DNA of 64,000 nucleotides from Escherichia coli (GTDB lineage Bacteria; Pseudomonadota; Gammaproteobacteria; Enterobacterales; Enterobacteriaceae): NCBI RefSeq assembly GCF_050920415.1, contig NZ_CP169309.1; one strand, 5' to 3'. Shown piece by piece: positions 55,666 to 64,000 of this stretch (position 1 is its first letter; each line of letters starts with the position of its first letter). The notes under the pieces were generated by a model. It saw only the letters and a program-made list of their open reading frames with translations, ran no database searches and was not told where the DNA came from. The position numbers and the translations under genes were made by a program.

Positions 55666-56493
55666 TTGGAAAGCCTGTTAACCCTTCCTCTGGCTGGTGA
55701 GGCCAGAGTCAGGATTTTACAAATTACCGACACTCACCTGTTTGCGCAAAAGCACGAAGCCCTGTTGGGGGTAAATACCTGGGAAAGCTACCAGGCGGTG
55801 CTGGAGGCGATTCGTCCACACCAGCACGAATTCGACCTGATTGTCGCGACCGGTGATTTAGCGCAGGATCAATCCTCTGCGGCCTATCAGCATTTCGCTG
55901 AAGGCATCGCAAGTTTTCGTGCGCCCTGCGTCTGGCTGCCGGGCAACCACGATTTTCAGCCTGCGATGTACAGCGCGCTACAGGATGCGGGGATCTCCCC
56001 GGCGAAGCGGGTGTTTATTGGTGAGCAATGGCAAATCCTGTTGCTGGATAGCCAGGTGTTTGGCGTGCCGCACGGTGAGCTGAGCGAGTTTCAGCTTGAG
56101 TGGCTGGAACGTAAACTTGCCGATGCGCCAGAACGCCATACGTTGCTGCTGCTGCACCATCATCCGCTACCTGCGGGTTGTAGCTGGCTCGACCAACACA
56201 GTCTGCGTAACGCGGGCGAACTGGATAACGTGCTGGCGAAGTTTCCGAACGTTAAATACTTGCTGTGTGGACATATCCATCAGGAGCTGGATCTCGACTG
56301 GAATGGTCGCCGCCTGCTGGCAACGCCATCGACCTGTGTACAGTTTAAGCCGCATTGTTCCAACTTTACGCTGGACACCATCGCGCCTGGCTGGCGTACG
56401 CTCGAGTTACATGCTGATGGTACGCTGACCACCGAGGTGCACCGCCTGGCGGACACACGTTTCCAACCTGATACCGCTTCAGAAGGCTACTGA
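55666..56493 (+). CDS. cpdA: 3',5'-cyclic AMP phosphodiesterase CpdA (calcineurin-like metallophosphoesterase)
   Basis: 275 aa with metallophosphoesterase motifs (..ATGDLAQD.., ..GNHD.., ..GHIH..). Confidence 0.92.
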   Translation: MESLLTLPLAGEARVRILQITDTHLFAQKHEALLGVNTWESYQAVLEAIRPHQHEFDLIVATGDLAQDQSSAAYQHFAEGIASFRAPCVWLPGNHDFQPAMYSALQDAGISPAKRVFIGEQWQILLLDSQVFGVPHGELSEFQLEWLERKLADAPERHTLLLLHHHPLPAGCSWLDQHSLRNAGELDNVLAKFPNVKYLLCGHIHQELDLDWNGRRLLATPSTCVQFKPHCSNFTLDTIAPGWRTLELHADGTLTTEVHRLADTRFQPDTASEGY

Positions 56494-57074
56494 TGTCTAC
56501 GCTTCTTTATTTACACGGTTTCAACAGTTCGCCGCGCTCTGCAAAAGCGAGTTTGTTGAAAAACTGGCTGCCGGAACATCACCCTGACGTTGAGATGATC
56601 ATTCCGCAGTTACCGCCGTACCCTTCCGATGCGGCAGAACTGCTGGAATCCATTGTCCTTGAACATGGCGGCGATTCGCTGGGGATCGTCGGTTCATCAC
56701 TGGGGGGATATTACGCCACCTGGTTGTCGCAATGTTTTATGCTGCCCGCCGTGGTGGTAAACCCAGCGGTGCGCCCGTTTGAACTGCTGACGGACTATCT
56801 CGGTCAGAACGAGAACCCCTACACCGGGCAGCAATATGTGCTAGAGTCACGCCATATTTACGATCTCAAAGTCATGCAGATTGACCCGCTGGAAGCGCCG
56901 GATTTGATCTGGCTGCTGCAACAGACGGGAGATGAAGTGCTGGATTACCGCCAGGCGGTGGCGTACTACGCTTCCTGCCGCCAGACTGTTATAGAAGGCG
57001 GCAACCATGCATTCACAGGCTTCGAAGATTATTTCAACCCGATCGTCGATTTTCTTGGTCTGCACCATCTCTGA
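56493..57074 (+). CDS. yqiA: esterase YqiA (alpha/beta hydrolase)
   Basis: 193 aa [19 protein letters not shown].. with GSSLGG nucleophile elbow. Confidence 0.9.
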   Translation: MSTLLYLHGFNSSPRSAKASLLKNWLPEHHPDVEMIIPQLPPYPSDAAELLESIVLEHGGDSLGIVGSSLGGYYATWLSQCFMLPAVVVNPAVRPFELLTDYLGQNENPYTGQQYVLESRHIYDLKVMQIDPLEAPDLIWLLQQTGDEVLDYRQAVAYYASCRQTVIEGGNHAFTGFEDYFNPIVDFLGLHHL

Positions 57075-57099
57075 CGATCAACTCGAATTGCTAACTTAA

Positions 57100-58995
<1,896 letters not shown>

Positions 58996-59042
58996 AGGAA
59001 AGAACATTGCCCGGTCAGGATGGCCGGGCAAACAAGGCAGGA
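58996..59042. terminator. bidirectional terminator between convergent parE and ygiN
   Basis: tgcccggtcaggatggccgggca hairpin. Confidence 0.55.
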
Positions 59043-59357
59043 TTAAATCCCTGGCTGCAGAATACGAATATTCATCTCCAGCACGTCGCCTTTTACGGCT
59101 TCGCTGTACGCCTTCATGTGCGGGGTTTGCAGATGCGCTTCAAGATGCGCGATGCTTTCCCACTGCTCAATCATCACGATAGAATCCGGTGCCATAGACT
59201 GGAAACTCACGCCAGCAGCGCAATCCACCATTGGCGCATAGCCGTGGCAACCTTCTTCTTTCAGTACGGTTGGAACGATTTTAGCAAACTGATCCAATAC
59301 CGCCTGACGGTGATGTTGACCAGGACGAGTACGGATTTCTGCGATTACGGTAAGCAT
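59043..59357 (-). CDS. ygiN: quinol monooxygenase YgiN (ABM domain)
   Basis: 104 aa MLTVIAEIRTRPGQHHRQAVLDQFAKIVPTVLKEEGCHGY.. Confidence 0.9.
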   Translation of the reverse strand: MLTVIAEIRTRPGQHHRQAVLDQFAKIVPTVLKEEGCHGYAPMVDCAAGVSFQSMAPDSIVMIEQWESIAHLEAHLQTPHMKAYSEAVKGDVLEMNIRILQPGI

Positions 59358-59387
59358 GGTTAACTCCTTCTAAAGCCTGAGCTCTAG

Positions 59388-59969
59388 TTAACCAAAAATT
59401 TCCACAAGATGCTTGCGATATTCTTCAGTATAGCGGGGAACATCAGGCATTTTTATCACGTCATTAGCGATAAATGTCGGCAGCGGTTCCATACCGAGGA
59501 ATTGGTTTGCTTTATGGAATGGTAGATACACACCGTCAACGCCAACGCCGTGGAAGAACTGATCTTTTTCGGTGAAGGCTTCCATTGGTGCGTTCCAGGT
59601 CAGGGAAAGCATATATTTTTTGCCCTGTACCAGGCCGCCGGAACCGTATTTTTTTGATGGATCTTTGCGGGTACGACCATCGCTGGCATACAGAGTCCCG
59701 TGACCTTCGGTGAATACATCATCAATATATTTTTTCACTGTCCACGGCGCGCCCATCCACCAGCCTGGCATCTGCCAGATCACCACATCAGCCCAGAGAA
59801 AGTTTTGTACTTCCGCTTTGACATCGTAGTCGCTCTCGGCGCGAACAATACGGACATCATGTCCGAGGTCGCGCAGCGTGCCATCCGCGACTTCGGTCAG
59901 GGTGTCGTTCAGTTGACCATTGGAGTGGGCGAATTTTTTCGCGCCGTTGATAATCAGGATGTTGCTCAT
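59388..59969 (-). CDS. mdaB: NADPH:quinone oxidoreductase MdaB (flavodoxin-like)
   Basis: 193 aa MSNILIINGAKKFAHSNGQLNDTLTEVADGTLRD.. Confidence 0.92.
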   Translation of the reverse strand: MSNILIINGAKKFAHSNGQLNDTLTEVADGTLRDLGHDVRIVRAESDYDVKAEVQNFLWADVVIWQMPGWWMGAPWTVKKYIDDVFTEGHGTLYASDGRTRKDPSKKYGSGGLVQGKKYMLSLTWNAPMEAFTEKDQFFHGVGVDGVYLPFHKANQFLGMEPLPTFIANDVIKMPDVPRYTEEYRKHLVEIFG

Positions 59970-60285
59970 TTTTTAACCTCAAGGTGAGACGTTTGCCGAC
60001 TATAGTACGTCACAGAGCGGTACGGTGAAATTAGCAAAATGTGCAAAGTCTTTTGCGAATTTAGCAAAAGTCTGATCTTGCTCCGATTCACCGATGCAGG
60101 ATAAATATTTTCTGAAAATGACAATACTGATAGCCATTCCTCATAATTCCTACTCGCACCGGATTAATTTACAGGTTTGGTTCGGTTTTTTGGGGATTAA
60201 AAATATGGCGTTGGATAAGTAAAAATGAAAATATCAACGCGTCACGTTGATAATTATAAATGGATTTTTATGAGCGTGCTAACAT

Positions 60286-60618
60286 ATGTTAAAGCATAAA
60301 ATTCAAACAATATTTGAAGCTCTGTTATATATAATGCTTACTTATTGGTTAATAGATGCTTTTTTTGCATTCAATAAGTATGACTGGATGCTTGAGTCGG
60401 GAGACAATATTTGCAGTATACCTTCCGTTTCAGGCGAAGATCGTATATTGCAAACAATGATTGCAGCATTTTTTCTTCTGACGCCACTTATTATTATTAT
60501 CTTAAGAAAACTCTTTGTGCGAGAAATGTTTGAGTTTTGGTTATATGTAATCTCGCTCGTTATTTGTTTGGTTTGTGGTTGGTGGCTTTTTTGGGGACGG
60601 TTTATATTTTGCTATTAA
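60286..60618 (+). CDS. ygiZ: inner membrane protein YgiZ
   Basis: 110 aa with several hydrophobic helices, AT-rich codon usage; positioned between mdaB and qseC as in K-12. Confidence 0.7.
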   Translation: MLKHKIQTIFEALLYIMLTYWLIDAFFAFNKYDWMLESGDNICSIPSVSGEDRILQTMIAAFFLLTPLIIIILRKLFVREMFEFWLYVISLVICLVCGWWLFWGRFIFCY

Positions 60619-60663
60619 TAAAATCTATGAGAGTCGTTTTAACGGCTCTCATAGACAGAGAAG

Positions 60664-62013
60664 TTACCAGCTTACTTTCGCCTCAAATCCACCTTGTTCC
60701 GCATTCCCAAACTCAACATTCATGCCATGCAGCTTGGCGATTCGCTGGACAATTGAAAGCCCAAGTCCACTGCCGGTAGCGGTTTGTCCGGGTGGGCGAT
60801 AGAAGCGTTCGCCAATTCTCGCCAGTGCCTCTGGTGTCACACCGGGGCCGTTATCCCTCACGATGAAATTATCGGCATTCAGCGTGACGTCCACCACGCT
60901 ACCTTGTGGACTGTAGCGCACGGCGTTATCCAGCAAATTTCGCACCAACAAACTTAGCAATAGCGGTTGTCCGGTGCGTTTGATGCCGTGGGCATTGAGT
61001 GTCAGTCGCACGTCAATTTTCGCCTGCTGCGCCGTGTGGTAAATATCCATCACCGACGATTGCAGGAGATCTTCAAGCGGGATCTCCGCGACGTCCTGAA
61101 GGTTATCCAGTGAGTCCAGCCGCGATAGCGTGAGCAGTTGATCAACCAGACGAGTAGCACGATCGATCCCGGAATGTAATTGGAGCAGTGCTTTTTTCCG
61201 CGCCTGCGGATCATCGTCAGAGAGCTGCGCAACTTCGGTTTGCACTTTCAGCGCCGTTAACGGGCTACGTAGTTCATGAGCTGCGTCGGAGGTAAAGCGT
61301 CGTTCACGAACCATCATCGCATGTGTGCGGGCGAACAGTTGATTCAACGACTCAACCAGTGGACGCACTTCGCTGGGTACGCCCGTCGCGTTTAGTGGTT
61401 TTTCCGAGTCAGGGTCACGCATACGTAGTGCCAGCGCCAGTTTGTTCAGCGGCGCGAGTTCACGACCCAGTAGTACCATCATGATGATTAACATAATCGG
61501 CAGTGCGACCAGCCACGGGATCAATTGCCCGGCAACAATCGCCAGCGCCATGTCTTCACGGTATTCCCATTCCTGACCAACAACGATGCGATATTTGCCA
61601 TCAGGTGAGGTCATCCAGACAAAACGCCAGGGATCTTTATCGCCCACCAGTTGCCCGTCAGCAAAACCTTCCCGTTGATAGCTATAGGGAATATCTTCTC
61701 CGTTATCCCCATCGTTAAGCACCATTCTGCCGTCGTGGGTAAAGATGGCAAAGGTCAGCGCATCGTCATCAACATGACCGTGTTTTAATTTATTTGGCGT
61801 CTGTGCCATGCGATCTGCCGCGTTGATTTCGTTGAGATCGAGCGTACTTAACCGTTTGGCAAACAGCATCAGTTGGGTGTCGAACAACTCATCGACGTTA
61901 TCCGTTGTTTGTTTCCATGCGACAAAGCTGGAAAGCAGCCAGGTCACCGAGGCCAGAATTAAAAAGATTAGCGTCAGCCTGACTCGCAGACTAAGACGTT
62001 GGGTAAATTTCAT
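60664..62013 (-). CDS. qseC: two-component sensor histidine kinase QseC
   Basis: 449 aa; two TM segments, H-box (..[14 protein letters not shown]..), HATPase_c C-terminus. Confidence 0.93.
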   Translation of the reverse strand: MKFTQRLSLRVRLTLIFLILASVTWLLSSFVAWKQTTDNVDELFDTQLMLFAKRLSTLDLNEINAADRMAQTPNKLKHGHVDDDALTFAIFTHDGRMVLNDGDNGEDIPYSYQREGFADGQLVGDKDPWRFVWMTSPDGKYRIVVGQEWEYREDMALAIVAGQLIPWLVALPIMLIIMMVLLGRELAPLNKLALALRMRDPDSEKPLNATGVPSEVRPLVESLNQLFARTHAMMVRERRFTSDAAHELRSPLTALKVQTEVAQLSDDDPQARKKALLQLHSGIDRATRLVDQLLTLSRLDSLDNLQDVAEIPLEDLLQSSVMDIYHTAQQAKIDVRLTLNAHGIKRTGQPLLLSLLVRNLLDNAVRYSPQGSVVDVTLNADNFIVRDNGPGVTPEALARIGERFYRPPGQTATGSGLGLSIVQRIAKLHGMNVEFGNAEQGGFEAKVSW

Positions 62014-62669
62014 TTCTCACCTAATGTGTAGCCAATACCATGCACGGTACGAATAAAATCACTACCGAGTTTGCGTCGCAGATGATGCACATGCACTTCA
62101 ACGGCATTACTGGTGACCTCTTCGTCCCAGGTATACAGTTTCTCTTCAATCAGTTTGCGCGGCAGTACCCGACCAGCGTTACGCATCAGTAATTCCAGCA
62201 GGGCAAATTCTTTTGGTTTCAGCGTTAAGGGTTCGCCAGCCAGCGTGGCGATACGTTTGCCGGGGTCGAGCATGACGTTGCCGTGGCGCAGCTCGTTGCT
62301 GGCCTGGCCGTTGGTTCGGCGCATCAGAGCTTCCAGCCTGGCGGCGACTTCTATCAACGCAAAAGGTTTACACAGATAATCGTCAGCTCCCAGACGCAGC
62401 CCTTCTACACGTTCCGCCAGCGCATCGCGCGCAGTCAGGATCAATACCGGCTCACGCTGACCTTTTTCTCGCCATTCGCGCAAAATATCGCGACCATCCA
62501 TGCCCGGTAAGGTTAAATCCAGGATCACCGCATCATAAGGTGCGCTATATAGCGCCTCTTTTCCCTGACGACCTTGTGTAAACCAGTCGACGCTAAAACC
62601 CATTTTACTAAGGCCCGTTTTGATGCCGTCGCCAATCAGCATGTCATCTTCTATCAGTAAAATTCGCAT
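62010..62669 (-). CDS. qseB: OmpR-family response regulator QseB
   Basis: 219 aa [16 protein letters not shown].. receiver domain plus winged-helix; overlaps qseC start. Confidence 0.93.
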   Translation of the reverse strand: MRILLIEDDMLIGDGIKTGLSKMGFSVDWFTQGRQGKEALYSAPYDAVILDLTLPGMDGRDILREWREKGQREPVLILTARDALAERVEGLRLGADDYLCKPFALIEVAARLEALMRRTNGQASNELRHGNVMLDPGKRIATLAGEPLTLKPKEFALLELLMRNAGRVLPRKLIEEKLYTWDEEVTSNAVEVHVHHLRRKLGSDFIRTVHGIGYTLGEK

Positions 62670-62820
62670 TTTTTCATCCCTGCGATAACCATATTTGCTG
62701 CCAGTAAACCGTGTTGTAACGCGCTCTGTACAGCACTAAATTTTATTTTTTTCCCTTAAGAAGTTGTTAAGGACTATCTTGTTAAATGCTCGAAAACAGA
62801 CATTAAAGGGAGTAATAAAC

Positions 62821-63213
62821 ATGAAAAAATTCGCAGCAGTAATCGCAGTAATGGCCCTGTGCAGTGCACCGGTGATGGCAGCAGAGCAGGGCGGTTTTTC
62901 TGGTCCATCGGCAACACAAAGTCAGGCCGGAGGATTCCAGGGGCCGAATGGCAGCGTAACGACCGTAGAAAGCGCAAAATCCCTGCGTGATGACACTTGG
63001 GTCACCCTGCGCGGCAATATCGTTGAACGTATCTCTGACGATCTCTACGTGTTCAAAGATGCCAGCGGTACTATCAATGTTGATATCGACCACAAACGCT
63101 GGAACGGCGTGACGGTGACCCCGAAAGATACCGTTGAGATTCAGGGTGAAGTCGATAAAGACTGGAACTCTGTTGAAATTGACGTCAAACAGATCCGCAA
63201 AGTAAATCCGTAA
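62821..63213 (+). CDS. ygiW: BOF-family (OB-fold) periplasmic stress protein YgiW (VisP)
   Basis: 130 aa from MKKFAAVIAVMALCSAPVMA signal peptide; ORF track has a 19-codon upstream extension. Confidence 0.9.
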   Translation: MKKFAAVIAVMALCSAPVMAAEQGGFSGPSATQSQAGGFQGPNGSVTTVESAKSLRDDTWVTLRGNIVERISDDLYVFKDASGTINVDIDHKRWNGVTVTPKDTVEIQGEVDKDWNSVEIDVKQIRKVNP

Positions 63214-63265
63214 TTGTTAGCGCTCCCGGGACACGTTCCCGGGAATAATTTCGCAGGGAGGCAAA

Positions 63266-63748
63266 ATGAAAAACCTGACACTGGATGTAAATATTATCGA
63301 TTTCCCATCAATCCCTGTGGCGATGTTGCCACATCGCTGTAGCCCTGAATTGCTCAACTACAGCGTGGCGAAATTTATCATGTGGCGTAAAGAAACGGGG
63401 CTTTCTCCTGTTAACCAAAGCCAGACTTTTGGTGTCGCCTGGGATGACCCTGCCACCACCGTACCGGAAGCGTTTCGCTTTGATATCTGCGGCAGCGTTA
63501 ACGAACCGATTCCCGATAATCGTTATGGCGTGAGTAATGGTGAACTTACCGGTGGACGTTATGCCGTGGCCCGCCACGTTGGCGAGCTGGACGATATTTC
63601 ACATACGGTATGGGGCATCATTCGCCACTGGCTACCTGCAAGCGGCGAGAAAATGCGCAAAGCACCGATTCTGTTTCACTACACCAATCTTGCCGAAGGG
63701 GTAACAGAGCAGCGACTGGAAACGGATGTTTATGTGCCGTTGGCGTGA
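63266..63748 (+). CDS. ygiV: GyrI-like small-molecule-binding regulator YgiV
   Basis: 160 aa MKNLTLDVNIIDFPSIPVAMLPHRCSPELL.. GyrI-like fold. Confidence 0.85.
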   Translation: MKNLTLDVNIIDFPSIPVAMLPHRCSPELLNYSVAKFIMWRKETGLSPVNQSQTFGVAWDDPATTVPEAFRFDICGSVNEPIPDNRYGVSNGELTGGRYAVARHVGELDDISHTVWGIIRHWLPASGEKMRKAPILFHYTNLAEGVTEQRLETDVYVPLA

Positions 63749-63868
63749 TGAAGAATCTTTACCGGAGTGTGAGCCAAATCACTCGCGATAAGTTTGAGCG
63801 AACAATGCCACAGGCGTAATGTTGTCCGCTCAGACTCTGACGGCACAGGATTTTGTCCTTCCACACAG

Positions 63869-63912
63869 AAACCGCCATTGGCGGTTTTCCGCTGCATAAT
63901 CCTCAGGATTAT
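63869..63912. promoter_or_regulatory. two adjacent perfect palindromes downstream of ygiV (terminator-like hairpin plus candidate operator)
   Basis: AAACCGCC-att-GGCGGTTT (63869-63887) followed by ATAATCC-tca-GGATTAT (63896-63912), both seen directly. Confidence 0.45.
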
Positions 63913-64000
63913 GTCTATAGCAAAGAGTTGTATATCAAGGCACATTGATGCCTTTATCGCCGTCGGAGCACGTCCGGCGGCGCTATTCACGCTGATCTCC

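Noticed and set aside
63730-63990. 86-aa minus-strand ORF with GTG start at the window end
   Set aside because: It overlaps the ygiV 3' end, spans the two palindromes, has no recognisable domain, and its frame is open to the window edge; most likely non-coding.

Overview
This window reads as a reverse-complemented stretch of Escherichia coli chromosome (K-12-like synteny, recognised from the translated ORFs, not from any search): fadH(partial)-ygjK-ygjJ-ygjI-ebgCAR-ygjH-patA-aer-yqjI-yqjH-ileX-mug-rpoD-dnaG-rpsU-tsaD-ttdTBA-ttdR-plsY-folB-uppP-cca-ygiM-[IS]-ygiF-glnE-hldE-[sib/ibs x2]-yqiK-yqiJ-glgS-ubiK-ribB-yqiIHG-ygiL-zupT-ygiD-ygiCB-tolC-nudF-yqiB-cpdA-yqiA-parE-ygiN-mdaB-ygiZ-qseCB-ygiW-ygiV. 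It is almost entirely core housekeeping genome. The parts that look accessory or unusual are: (1) an IS200/IS605-family insertion (divergent tnpA/tnpB, TnpB with intact RuvC and zinc-finger motifs) sitting directly upstream of ygiF; (2) two tandem ~375 bp repeat units each carrying a 19-codon Ibs-type toxin ORF and an antisense Sib-type sRNA, which the ORF track misses; (3) an apparently intact ygiL-yqiGHI chaperone-usher fimbrial operon with a ~560 bp AT-rich upstream region, whose position relative to ribB-ubiK differs from the K-12 order as I remember it; (4) several regulatory elements visible in sequence (FMN riboswitch, Fur box and palindromic operators at yqjI/yqjH, sigma28-like promoter for aer, marbox at tolC). 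I found no CRISPR array, no rRNA, and no convincing evidence of a wholly new multi-gene system. Coordinates of non-coding features are approximate and no database search or folding was run.
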